A stretch of 64,000 nucleotides of DNA from Callorhinchus milii (taxonomy: Eukaryota), in NCBI RefSeq assembly GCF_018977255.1, contig NW_024704856.1, forward strand, positions 62,001 to 126,000. The letters are read 5' to 3'. A program made the position numbers and the translations under genes. Position 1 is the first letter of the stretch; the number at the start of each line of letters is the position of its first letter. This document shows positions 22,261 through 35,244 of the stretch, piece after piece. The notes under the pieces are model-generated. The model was not told the origin of the DNA, ran no database searches, and saw only the letters and a list, made by a program, of their open reading frames with translations.

Positions 22261-25164
22261 CAACAACAGAAAGCTGGAATGAAATCTAACCCGTGTTGTG
22301 GTCAGGGTGTGTCTGTGTCTGATTCAGGCCAATTGCACGTTGCATTAAATGCCTGTGGTTGTGGGTTGTGATGACAGGGAATGAATGGCGGCCGAGCTCA
22401 ATGTTATAAGACGAGGTTCGTTATCAGGCTAGTGAGTTGGAGATAAAGAAACTGTTGATCTTGTTCTGGCCCAATATCCATCACTCAGGTTTGATCTTAC
22501 CCAGTGAGAGTGAAACCAATATTGTACCAAACTATCACAGAGTGGATGCACCGATTGCGCAATCTCTCTGTGCGCCGAATTACATATTGTTATTTCATAA
22601 GATATGTGATTCGTGTTTCAAAAATCTACACTCGTTGCTTCAAGCCTCTGACTCCCAAGCGTGCATTTTCCGCAGATTAACACTCCGCGAACTGAAATAG
22701 TGTTTGTGTAAATTTATTCTGAATTTCACCCATTTAGATTACTAAAGACAGCAATCATGTCGCCTCCCAAAAATCTCTTTTGCGGCGTCAAAATGGCCAA
22801 TATACTTAGCCACACCTCATAGTCCAGGCCCTCCATTCATAGAATCATTTTTGTTGCTCACATCAATATCTAATATCTGAGGTCATCTGCACACGTTGCG
22901 CTGTGGGTATACATTCTGTCGATCCTTTGCCTCCTCTTGTGTGCCCAGTGATGCAACGTCAAATCTTCTCGGGTTTGGCTAGAAGGACAGTTGCTGAATT
23001 CTTTGCCAGATGCTGCCCTTGTTGACCAGCTGTGAAGTTTTTCCTGCAGCCGAGCTCAATCTCTCAGTGTATTTCGGCTGCTCTGGACTGCAAAGAGATT
23101 TGCACGGTCTTCAATCAGATGTCCACCAAACATCAGGTAACTAAAATGAAACATTTACTGAACAGGCCCACATCCCTGGTATCATTCTGGTACATCTCCT
23201 CTGTTTCCATTCCAACACATTATTATCGTTCCTAATGTGAGAACTTGCAGATATGCAAACAATGCTGCAGGATTTAATTTCTTAATTACTAGCAGCCTCC
23301 ATGTTCCGTTCCTATACTTCACCTAGGAAGGCGCTGCCCGTTTTGTTAATATATTGAATATTTATTATATATATCGATCAAAAACAGCAGTGGTCCCAAT
23401 ACAGACAAATGGAGAACACCGCTGCAGACTTCCCTCCAAACTGAAAGTGCCACCAAGTGAAACCTTTCCATCAATGGGTGTCGAAATTTCTATGTGAAAG
23501 CTGCCAGTGTACTGGGTTTTATAGGTAGAACCAGAGTGTGCACAAGTCCACTGGCAATGGCACATGTGTGCATATCATTCGATAGATTGCACCTGCAGCA
23601 TTGTTTGTATATCTGCAAGTCCTAATATTAGGAACGATAATAACCGTTCACCTCTACAGTCTGCTTTCAGTATCCGCGACAATTCTGTTTCCATGCTGCC
23701 ACTCCCTTTAAAATCGTGGGCTTCTATTTTGTTTACAAGTGTCTTGTATGATACTATCTAATACGCCTTTTTAAAATGCATAACAACACCAACTGTAGAA
23801 CCTTATTCCACCCTCTTCGTTAATTCATAAAAAAACTTATCCGTTTTGTTTGGATTGTATTGGCTCTTCTAAATTAAACCATAAATTTTCTTTGTGGAGA
23901 TGTATTTTGTCCCGGATTGCACCACTTATTTCCTTTAGTAAACTAGCATTCACCCCGTGCGATCCGGGTGTCTTATCTAGCCTGAGCACCGATTGATTTG
24001 TCGAAATTTCTCTCGTTTTATTCTTGAGCTACACAATTTCTCTGCCCGCGTATCCGATACTGTTGCGTTGGCTGCATCCGCATCTTCTGTGACCACGGGA
24101 GAAACATCTATCTATACCTTTGAAGGGATTGTCCCAATAACAGTTTCATTGAAACTCTTCTCTGTGTCCCACAGAGCATCCATTTGCCATTGGCTCCTCT
24201 CCACAGAGTTGTCATCACCCTGACGGGACAAATGTGTTAATGCCACACATTCATGTGAATTCTGCACTGACCGTCCCCTCTTCCTACCACAAGCACAGAT
24301 ACTCTCTCTGAATCCTCTATGGCTGTGGGATGACAACCTCCTGAAACGTGAGGTCCATGAACACACAGAGTCACTCATTCCTTCACTGTCTGTCTCCCAT
24401 ATGCACTCTGCCTGTCTACAATGGAGAGAGTGAGAGAGAGAATGTGTGTGTATATGAGACACTCAGAGAGAGAGTGAGATAAAGAATGTGAGAGACAGAG
24501 ACAGAGTGTAATATTGTGAGAGAGAGTGTTAGAGAGAGAGGGAGAAACAACATGTCCTTGTGTAAAGGCCTTTCATGTCGGGAGGATGTCCAAGGCCGAC
24601 GGACAGACAGAGATTCCGAGTTACTTCGCAGTTTCTCAACAACAAACAATAAACTGCATTTATTTCTCCTCCTTCACGGAGGATCAGGACTCGGAGCTTC
24701 TCCTCAGTTTTGGCTTATAATTGACGAATCCATTTTCATTCCTTTTCATGTGTTTATGTCAATAAACTTTTCGCAATGAATCCCACGACATTAATTGTGT
24801 TGCTCAGTCCCTGGTCTGGTTATCAGCATCTACTGCTAAAGAGCGGTCAGACACAGACAGCAATTCACTGCTTCTCCTTCTCTCCTCGTGGATTTGAGGG
24901 AAGTAATCATTTGCTGTGATTCAGTCTGGGTTCAAATTACACATACAAACCTACAGTTCCACAGTACTGCCACCAGAAGGTGGTGTTGCACTGTGTAACT
25001 GCTCATTATATTCTGTGTAATTATACTATTTATAATAATTCGGCATTTGATATTGCGCTGTTCATGTCTTGCAGACGCCTCAAAGCGCTTGTTTAGTCAA
25101 TTCCCTTCTCCTCCTTGAGGGAGGTGACCAGTGTCTTCCTGGAGCTGATCTGGAGCTCGGCAAC

Positions 25165-25194
25165 NNNNNNNNNNNNNNNNNNNNNNNNNNNNNN
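25165..25194. other. Assembly gap (30 N)
   Basis: Run of n. Confidence 1.
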
Positions 25195-25232
25195 GTGTTT
25201 CTGGAGTCGTTTTTGATTTACCAAGACACGGT

Positions 25233-28200
25233 TTAATCAAATGGTACGTACCACGGGCACAGTAGGGTGAAAGTGTGGAGATGACACATGTTATCAGCGT
25301 TGTAAAATGTCACTTGTTCCCCCTCATAGTCCAGGTAAACTCCCAGCTTCCCGGGTCTCTCTCTCAGATGCAGGCGGGTGGGAGGTGAGGTCAGAGCTTC
25401 ATATTCATTCCCATTTCGCAGCTTCACAGCCCAGAATCCGTTCTCTGGTGTCGCTATGATCTGTCCTTTCCTGTTGACAGACTCTCTGGCCAGTCCCACA
25501 TCCCACTTTGTCTTGTTGGTCACCTGCACCTCCCAGTAATGTCTCCCGGATGTGAACCCCTCAGATCCCAGGACATAGAAGCAGTAATCAAACCTCTTCG
25601 GGGAGTCCGGGAGCTGCTGCCATGTGTCTCCAGTTCTCACGCTGGTCAGGTCCTCTGACAGTATGAGGTAGGGATTCGCTGTGTCAGGGTCCAGAGTCAG
25701 AGAGGCCGGAGCTGAGAGAGAGAAACAACACAAAGTGGAGTGAGGGGACGTCTGAGCGCTCAGACTGTGTGTGAACACTTCTAAAGCTGGGGACACAATC
25801 CAGCTCAGAGGGTCACAGTCGGTGTGACTGTATGTGTGAGTGTGTGTGTGAGGGTTTGTGTGAGGATGTGCGTTGGGGAGGGTGTGTGAGCGGTTGTATG
25901 AAGGTGTATGTGAGAGGCTGTGTGATGGGATGTGTGAGTTTCCGCGTGAGGGTTTGTGTGAGTGGATGTGTGTGCGAATAATTGTGAGGGTGTGTGTGAG
26001 TGGATGTGTAAGGGTGAGCGTGTCAGCGGGGTGTTTGAGGCTGTTTGTGAGGGTGTGTGTTTGAGGTTGTGAGTGTGTGCGACGGTGTGTGTGAGGATGT
26101 GTGAGGTTGTTTGTGAGGGTGTGTGTGATCGCGTATGTGGGAATGTGTGTGTGATTGTTGTGTGTGAGGATATGTGTGAGTGTATGTGTGAGATTGTGTC
26201 ATGATCTGTGTGAGGGGATGTGTGAGGGGATATGTGAGGACGTGTGTGTGTGTTTGTGTGTGGATGTGTGAGGGGTGTGTGTGTAAGAATGTATGTGAGT
26301 GTGTGCGAGTGTGTGTGCAAAGGGGATTTTGAGGGTTTTTGAGGGGTGTATGTGAGCGGTTTGCGTGAGGGTCTGTTTGAGGTTTTGCGAGGTTGCGTGT
26401 GGGCGTGTGAGAGTGGTTTGTGACGGACTGTGTGGGGATGTGTGTGAGGGGGTGTGTGTGAATGGTTATGTGAATGTGTGTGGGAGGGTTTTTGTGATGG
26501 TTTGTGTGAGGAGGTTCGTGAGGAGTTATGTGCGAGTGAGTGTTTGAGGTGGTGTGAGAGGGATTGTATGAGCGTGTGTGTCAAGCTACGTGTGAGGATG
26601 TGGGTGAGGTGTGTCTGTGTGTGGGTGTTTGAGGCGTGCGTGTGAGGGTGTGTGTGGGGGGGTGTGAGGGTGCGTGTGAGGGGTACACACCTCTGAGGGT
26701 GTGTGAGAGTGAATGTATGTGTCAAGTTGTGTGTGAGGGGCTGTGATAGTGGATGTGTGAAGGTTTGTGTGAGGGTGTGTGTGAGTGTGTGTGTGGGGTG
26801 TGTTTGAGAGGATTGTGTATGTGTTTGAGGGAACGAGAGAGGGGTTATGTGAGAATGTGTGATGGTACGTTTGAGGATGCGTGTGAGGGGTGCATGTGTG
26901 GGTATATTTGAGTGGTGTGCGTGAGGGTGTGTGGGAGGATGTGTGTGATGGAGTACGTGACGTTTGTGTGTGATGGGTGTGTTTGAGGGATGTGTGAGGT
27001 TTGTGAGGTTGCATGTGAGTGGTGTGTGTAAGGGTTTGTGTGAGTGGTTGTGAGAGGTGTAGTGTGCTGATGTGTGTGAGGGTGTGTTTGACGATGCGTG
27101 TGAGTTGTTGGGTGTGAGGGTGTGTGTGAGGGTTTGTGTGTGAGCGGGTGGTGCCTGAGTGTGAGAGTTTTGTAAGGGTTTTTGTTTGAGGGGATAGGTG
27201 AGTGTTTGGGTGAGCGTGCATGTGAGGGTCTGTACGAGGGTCTGTGTGAGGGGGGAAGGGTTGTGAGAGGTGTGAGTGTGTGTGTGGGGGTGTGTGTGTA
27301 TGACAGGGTAATAATATTAATAATAATAATAATAATAATCCTTGCATTTCATATGGTGCTTTTCAGTGTTTTTCGACGTCTCAAAGCGCTTCACAGAATA
27401 TAATATGAAGTGAATTGACCGAACATTTGTGGTCAAAACGCGCCAGCGAATTGCGCACAGCAGCGACCCACAAACAGCCGTGGATTTAAAATGACCAATT
27501 TAGTATTGTTTTTCTTTTTTGGAGGGATTCTTATCAGTTGTGTGGAGTAAGGAAACTTGCCCAAGGATTCACGCTGCCTGAGATTGAACCCATGTGTCTC
27601 GCTTGCAAGGCGAGTGCTCTAAACACTGAGCTTCAGGACTCCACATACAGGATGTGTGTATGAGGGGGTGTGAGATGTTGTGTTTGAGGGTGTGTGTGAA
27701 CGTGGGCGTGAGGGAGTGTGGGAGCGTGTATGTGAGGGTCTTTATGACGGTCTGTTTGAGGCTGTGTGTGAGGGGCTGTGTGAGTGGTTGTGTGAGGTTA
27801 ATTATTTTGTGTGCGTGTGTGCGTGACTGTGTGTGTGTGAAGGTGTGCGCGAGGCTGTGCGTGAGAGGGTGTGAATGTGTGAGTGACGTGTGTTTCAGGG
27901 TTAAGTCTGTAATAGACGTATGTGAGATGTGTGTGTGTATGAGGTGTGTTTGTGGGTGAGGCGTGTGTGAGGGGATGTTTGTAAGAGGTGTGAGAGAGAG
28001 CTGTGTAACGTAAGCAGCGCGTATGTGAGAGTTGTGTGTTTGAGGGGTGTGTGTCAGGTGTGGTTAAAGAGTTTATGTTTGGTTTGTGTGAGATGTGTGT
28101 GAGCGTTCTGTGCGAGTTTTGTGCGTTACTAGTATTCTGAGGTTTGTGTGTCAGATATGAGTGTGTTGTGTATTCTTTCAGGTGTGTGTAAGAGGTGAGT

Positions 28201-30351
28201 GTGTGAGGCATGAACACGTGTGTCTACGATAGGTGTTGATGAGGTGTCTGTGAGGTGTGTGAGTGGTGTGTGTGAGGGCTGTGTTTGAGGAGTGCTGTGA
28301 GGGGTGTATGTTTCAGATGTGTGTGAGGTGTGAGAGAGAGTTGTGTGTGAGAGTTGTGTGTGTGTGTGTGATGTGTGTGTGCAAAGCGTGTGTGTGTGAG
28401 TTGTGTGTGTGTGTGTGGGAGGGTGTTGCGATTATGTGCATATGTGAGTGAGGAGTCGGTATGTGTATGTGTGAGGGAGTGTGTGGAGGGTATGTGTTGG
28501 GATTCAGGTGAATACAAGTCTATTGACACGGATTCAGGGTGAGAATGGGAGACATGTACCTGGGCTGATGTTGTCTATAATCTGTCTCCAGACTGTGTTC
28601 TTCAAAGGCCATTTGTACTTGGCCACAGGCAGCTCATCCTCACACACTGACAGATCAAAACCCTCGTCACTGACCCTGAAATAAGACACGATCACAGTAT
28701 AAAGTGAAACTGCACCTTGTGGTTGGTTTATGGGTTGAATTGTGGGATATTTGCTAAAGATCATTTCATACCTTCTGTTGGCAGCAGCTTCCTCCTAATG
28801 AAATCAAACACAGACAGATGTCAGTTCATATCGAGACACCAACACAGACAAGTTAAATGTGCGCAGAGTATCTCACGTCCCAATACAATCTCTGATCTCT
28901 TTATCAAACACAATTAGTTTGTCTGCTCCCGACTGTGTATAACCGTTACTGAACTATAAAATAATGTCATGTCTTTACCTGCATGAAGGTGAGATCGTCT
29001 TTTCCCAGCTGTGCCGTTAACTCGGAGAGTTGTTGTTCAACAGAATCTAATTTGCACTGAATCTCTCGCAGATTTGTCTCCATTCGCTTTAGAATCTCCT
29101 CCTCTCGCTGTCTGAGATCTCGCATCACTCGCTGCTCTCTGTCAGTCAGACTCTGGTGCATTTTAGCAAACTCACCCGTGACGTGGATCTGCAGACTGTT
29201 CACCTGTTCCTGCAAATGTCACACATTCAAACATTACACACAGTAACAAGAGAACCTGAGACATCACACCGTGTACACACAGTAACCAGAGACCCTGAGA
29301 CACCACACTCTGTACACACAGTAACCAGAGATACTGAGACATCACATCGTGTACACACAGTAATCATAGACACTGAGATATCACACCGTTCACACACAGT
29401 AACCAGAGACACTGAGATATCACATCGTTTACACACAGTAACCAGAGATACTGAGACATCACACCGTTTACACACAGTAACCAGAGACACTGAAACATCA
29501 CACCGTCCACACACAGTAACCAGAGACACTGAGACATCACACTGTGTACACACAGTAACCAGAGAACCTGAGATATCACACCGTGTACACCAAGTAACCA
29601 GAGACACTGAAACATCACACCGTCCACACACAGTAACCACAGACACTGAGACATCACACTGAGTACAAACAGTAACCAGAGACACTGAGACATCACACCG
29701 TGAACACACAGTAAACGAAGAAACATTGATTGCCCAGACATCAGCCCCAACACAACTTACCTTAACTTGTGAAATCTTTTCTTTCTGTTTGGCTGCAGAT
29801 TGTAGAGCCGTTTCCTTCCTCTGTGTCAGAGAAGCTAAGGAGGACTTTGTTTGATCCTGGAATAAACGCACAGAATAAAAGTGCTTGATGTGAAAACCAG
29901 ACGCGGAAACAAAATAAATCCCTCGTGAGCGCATCATTACCTTGTAGATTTCAGCAGCTTCGTCAATGGGCAGGAAGCTGTGACCTCTGTGTTCTTTCGC
30001 ATCTCTGCAAATGTAACAGATCAATTTCTTGTCAGTTTCACAGAACAGCTTCAGTTGCTCCCGGTGTTTCTCACACTGAAGGTTAACTGCCGTCTGTGTC
30101 GGGTTCAGGCACAATTTTCGAGCTTTCTCTGCTAGACTCGCCAAGGCCCAACTGGCTGTGAGGTTCTTTTCTGGAAATGTCTCCTGACAAACAGCACAGC
30201 AGTTGTTCTCCTGCTTTTCCCAGCTCCGGGTGACGCAGGAGCGACAGAAGTTGTGGCCACAGCCCAGACTAACAGGATCAGTGAAGAAATCCAGACAAAC
30301 CGGGCAAATGATCTCCTCGGTCCAGATCTCACGCTGGAGTCCAGAAGCCAT
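25233..30351 (-). CDS. TRIM-B: RING-B-box2-CC-B30.2 TRIM, 451 aa, SPRY C-terminus replaced by foreign sequence
   Basis: Exons 30351-29941 (411), 29856-29761 (96), 29209-28979 (231), 28794-28772 (23), 28675-28560 (116), 25711-25233 (479); GT-AG and in frame; homology to TRIM-A stops after HLHTFT at about 25266. Confidence 0.85.
25820..28500. repeat. GT-rich low-complexity tract (TRIM-B intron 5) containing a minus-strand SINE at 27310-27645
   Basis: Degenerate (GT)n; reverse-complement SINE. Confidence 0.85.
29235..29715. repeat. 39-bp minisatellite, TRIM-B intron 2 (about 12 copies)
   Basis: Same unit as 8950-9135; 13-aa periodic translations. Confidence 0.92.
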
Positions 30352-30499
30352 TTTGATCCTCAGCACTTCCTGATTGAAACTGGATTAGGTTTCAGTGTGA
30401 CTGTGTTGGCGGCTCCCAATCACTAGGCTGACAAAGCCACCCCTCAAGTCTCTTCTTGTGAAACCAGTTGGTTTTGACTGTGATCCCAAAAGACCAAAT

Positions 30500-30850
30500 C
30501 TACATTCTCAACCGTCCGATTGTCAGTGAAGCAAACGGCCCCAGTTTGAGCTGTTGCTGTGTGTTGATGGTATATTTAGGTTTGATTTCCATTTAGTTTT
30601 TCCCCTTTGCTCTCGTGCTGTGACTGTCAGCAGCAGAGAGGAACAAGACGCTGTGAGTTCAGCTCTGCATATGCCCTGTGGTTAGTTACCCAGCGCCTGG
30701 TTTCCTGTCGTTCTGTACAAACAGTGAATCAGATGCAGAACAAGAAGCCGAGGCTTTAGTTATTCACTCAAAACCCTCTGACTTCTCATTCAGGCCAACT
30801 ATGGAACTGAGGGAGCAGTGGCTACACTGTGAGCTCTGCCGGTCCCGTGC
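30500..30850. repeat. ~350-bp unique module, copy 1 (others at about 31610-31950 direct and 43050-43395 inverted)
   Basis: tctacattctcaa..gtccgattgtcagtgaa...ctgtgactgtcagcagcag...gcgcctggtttcctgtc...ggccaactatg shared. Confidence 0.8.
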
Positions 30851-32479
30851 TTTGTGTGTGTTTGTGTGTGTGGAGTGACCAGTGTGTGTGTGTGTTTGTT
30901 TGTGCTCGACCTGTCAAGGGCTGTGCGTATGTGTGTGTGTATGTGTGTGTGTATATGCCCTGCCTGTCCCGGGGTGCTTATGTGCGTGGGTGTGTTGTGG
31001 TTGTGTGTGTGCTCTGTCTGTCCCAGAATGTCTGTGCTGGTCTGTGTATGCGCTCTGCCTGTCCCGTCTGTGTGTGCGTATGTATTTGTGTGATCTGTCA
31101 GGCTGTGTTTGTGTGTGCGGCTCTGTGTGTGGTGTGTGTGCTGCATGTCCCAGGCTGTGTGCGAGCCGACACAGCACTTGTGTGGAGGGGCAGGAGGGGA
31201 AGTGTGTGGGTAGTTCATCACCTTGCGGCACATTCAACTGCGATGAATCCCATCTTCCCGTTCCCCAACCTGCAGGATAATACACCTTGCATTTGACATA
31301 GAGACTTTCAAGTCAGGAGGACGTCACAAGTCATGTCGCAGTATATACTTTAAAGAGAAGTAACTGTGTACTTTGTGAGTGAAGGTGACAACATAGTATT
31401 GCAACATTAACTTCCCACGGAGTGAACGTCTGAAGTTATTCTGGGTTTGTTGTATCGATACCTGGGACAGACATTGTGAGGGGCTGTTTCTTCGTTAATA
31501 AAGACATAAACTGCAGGTCTGGGCTGTGTGGGTGACCGCAAATTTGGGAACACAAGTGAACTCAACACAACATGGTTTCACAGTTCAAACTGACAGGATT
31601 GTCATCGAGTCTACATTCTCAATCGTCCGATTGTCAGTGAAACAAGCGGTTAGATTTTGAGCTGCTGCTATGTGTTGATGGTATATTTATGTTTGATTTC
31701 CATGTAGCTTTGCCCTTTGCTCTCTTGCTGTGACTGTCAGCAGCAGAGAGAAACAAGACGCTGTGGGTTCAGCTCTGAACATCCCCTGTGGTTAGTTACC
31801 CAAGCGCCTGGTTTCCTGTCTTTCTGAACAAACAGCGAGACAGATGCAGAACAAGAAGCCGAGGCTTTAGTTGTTGACTGAAATCCATCTGTCCTCTCAC
31901 CGAGGCTAACTATGGTGCAGTGAGGGCAGTGGCCACTCTGTGTGCACTGCCTGTGCCGGGTTGTGTGTGTGTGTGTGTAGGGAGGCAGTGTGTGTGTGTA
32001 TGGAGTGCAGTGTGAGTGTGCATATTTGTAAGGAGGGCAGTGTGTGTGTAGGGAGGGCAGTGTGTGTGTGGAGGAAGGGCAGTGTGTTTGTGTTTGTGTG
32101 TGTGTGTAGGGAGTGCAGGTGTCTGTCTGTGTGTGTTTGGAGGGAGGGCAGTGTGTGCGTAGAGGAAGGGCATTGTGTTTGTGTTTGTGTGTGTATAGGG
32201 AGTGCAGGTGTGTGTGTGTGTGTGTGGAGGGAGGGCAGTGATCACACTCTGTGCGCTGCCTGCCAGATTGAGAAACATTTCCAACTTCAGCCCTCACACC
32301 CTAAACCACAACAGGCACCGCATCGCCCCCAACCATATGTGTCTGACACACACACACACACACCCACACACACACACACACAATCCCGTCACCGTGATCA
32401 CCCGGGTGTCTGAAATACTCAGCAACCCATTACATAGAGAGACCAAGCGTTTTACTAACAGACAAAACCTATTATAAAA

Positions 32480-34520
32480 GTTTGATACACATAGAACCGC
32501 CTGTGATACACAGACCAGGCATGTTATGTACAGATAAGGCCTATTGTAGAGAGACCAGGCATGTTACCCAGAGACCAGGCATTGTATACATAGACCAGAT
32601 TCTTATCGAGAGACCAGACAGTTATACAAAGACCAGGCTTGTTTTACAGAAACAAGGCAGTTATAAAGAGAGCAGCTTGTTAGAGCGAGTTCATAGTTTT
32701 TTTAAAGAGGCCAGTGCTGTTCCACAGGTATCAGGCCAGTATTGCATGACCAGGCAAGTCATGGAGACACCTGGCATTTTACACAGAAACAGTGGGTTTT
32801 ACATAGTCCAGGCCTGTAACAAATAGACCAGACTGTTTTAAAGAGACAAGGTTATTACACAGAGTCCAAGCTGTCGTTCAGATTAGAGGTCTCCTATTCA
32901 GAGACAAGCCTGATGTACAGAGACCTGGCCTGTTGTACAGATACCAGAGCTTTCATATACAGAACAGACTTGTTATAAAGAGCCCAGGCCAGTTAAACAG
33001 AGACCAGACCTGTTATATAGAGACCAGGTCTGTTATAGAGAGACCAGGCCTGTTATGCAGTGACCATGCTACTATGCAGAGACAAGGCTGTTATACAGAA
33101 ACTAGAACTGTATAACTCGACCTCTGTTATAGAGACACCAGGCTATAATATAGAGAACTTGCATTTTGTACACAGACAAGACCTATTATACATAGACAAA
33201 CCTGTCACACTATTTCCAGGGCTGTTAAACCGAGAACAGGCTTTTGCACAGATATCAGGCCACTTATACGGAGATAATACAGAGGCCAGGCCAGTTATAC
33301 ACAGACCAGCTTTTATGTAGGCATAGGCTAGTTATAGAGAGAACATACAGAGTCTAGACCAGTTATGCAGAGCCCAGGCCAGTTATACAGAGAGCAACCC
33401 TGTTATAAAGAGACGAGGGCTATTATACCAAGACTATGCAAGTTCTACAGGAATCTGGCCTCTAATACAGAGACAAGGCCATCCAAACAAATACCAGGGA
33501 GTTTTACAGATATAAGGCTTGCTAAACAGAGATCAGGCTGTTACACATAGACCTGGACATTTATGCAGAGAACATTGCAATAGTACAGAGACAAGGCTTG
33601 TTTCACCGATACCAGGCCTGTTGTACATAGACTAGGTCTGTCTTACAGAGACAAGGACTGTTATTCAGAAACCACGCTACTTTACAAAGACCAGGCTTGT
33701 CATACAGAGACCAGTGCTGTTCTATAGAAACCAGATCAGTTATACAGAGCCCAGGCCAGCTTCAAATAGGCCATGACCATTACGCAGATAACTAGCCTAT
33801 TATACAAGACCAAGCCAATATACATATACTAGCCTTTTATGCTGAGATCAGGACAGTTACAACAACAACAACAAAACAACAACAAGATTCCATTTATTGA
33901 GCGCCTTTCACGTCGGGAGGATGTCCCAAGGCGCTCTACAGTTGGGTCAGGACGCGAGCAAGGGGGAAATGGTCAGGGTGAGGGGAGGAAGATTGGGAGC
34001 GAGGAGAGGGTAGAGAGTCGAGAGGGGAGCTGAAGGCACGGTCAAAGAGAAAGGTCTTGAGACCGGCCTTGAAGGAGGAAAGGGAGTAGGCAAAGCGAAG
34101 GCACTGGGGGATAGAGTTCCAGAGCCACATAGATGGTGACTATTATAAAGTCAGGCCTGTTATGCAGAGACCAGGCTTGTTTCACAGAGATTATGGCTAT
34201 TATACAGAGAACAGAGCTTTTATGCAGAGACCAGAGCTGCTGTACAGACATCAGGTCTATTACACACTGTGCAGATATTTTGTACAGAGACCATACATGC
34301 TGTAAAGAGCCGATGGCAGTTAGACAGAGAACAGGCTGTTATACACTGACAAGGACTGTTATACAGGGACCAGACCTGTTATAAACAGATCCGCCCCGTC
34401 ATGCAGAGCTGAAACCTGTTATGCAGACACTTGGCGTTTTTTATATAGACCAGGCGTCAATGCAGAGCTCAGCGAAATTATATGGAGTACAGCCCTGTTA
34501 CACAGAGATCAGGCGTGTTG
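32480..34520. repeat. Degenerate ~20-bp satellite upstream of TRIM-C
   Basis: tgttatacagagaccaggcc motif, the reverse complement of the 10510-12870 unit. Confidence 0.85.
33860..34126 (-). mobile_element. Young L2 LINE 3' end inserted in the satellite
   Basis: Reverse complement of about 48870-49130 with a (CAA)n tail; absent at the paralogous site near 41145. Confidence 0.85.
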
Positions 34521-35202
34521 TTCCTTCAAGTCACCTCCACGATCTTGTTCCACTCTACTTCACCAACTTCATAACCGCATATCAGACTGTCTGTTCCCTC
34601 CGCTCGGCAGACACCGGCCTGCTTCAAGTCACCCGTAATTCCCACCCCACCGTTGGAGGTCGGACATTCAGCATCTCTGTCCCCACACTCTGGAACTCTA
34701 TACCCGCATTCCCTCTGCCTCATCTCCTTCAAGTCCCGTTTGAAGGTCTTTGTCGTCCACCGTGCCTTCAATTTCAAAAGCCCTCATTGCTTTACAAGGC
34801 ACTTCCTCCGCCACCTCCTTCAACCCAACTAACCCGGCCACACCATTCACTCTTCACATCAACCCCCACCCATCCCAATATCTGCCTCACCGTGCGAGAT
34901 TTCAGCCATTGCACATGTCGCGCACCAGAAAACCATCTCAGAGATACGAGATCTTTCAAACAACCTCAAATTAACACATTTGATGGCGCTATTTTATCAT
35001 CCTCCCAACCCTCCCCGCCCCAACCATCATGCACACCACCCCTCCTCATAGTCCAACGCCTTCCTTGCTCGGGTGTCCTTGTCATTGTACAAGGTTTTCT
35101 CATCTTCTCTTGGGATCAAAGTCACAATCCATGATTTCACAAGAGACTGTAGGAGCGGGTTTTGTCAGCTCAGTGAATGGGAGCCGCCTACACACTCAGA
35201 CC

Positions 35203-35232
35203 GAAACTGAAACCAGTTTATGTCAGGAAGTG
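35203..35232 (+). promoter_or_regulatory. ISRE plus ETS upstream of TRIM-C
   Basis: GAAACTGAAACCagtttatgtCAGGAAGTG. Confidence 0.6.
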
Positions 35233-35244
35233 CTGAGGATCAAA

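Noticed and set aside
29235-29715. 39-bp unit containing CACAGTA, the same length as a V(D)J 23-RSS
   Set aside because: No ACAAAAACC-like nonamer at 12- or 23-nt spacing on either strand, and no Ig/TCR segments nearby
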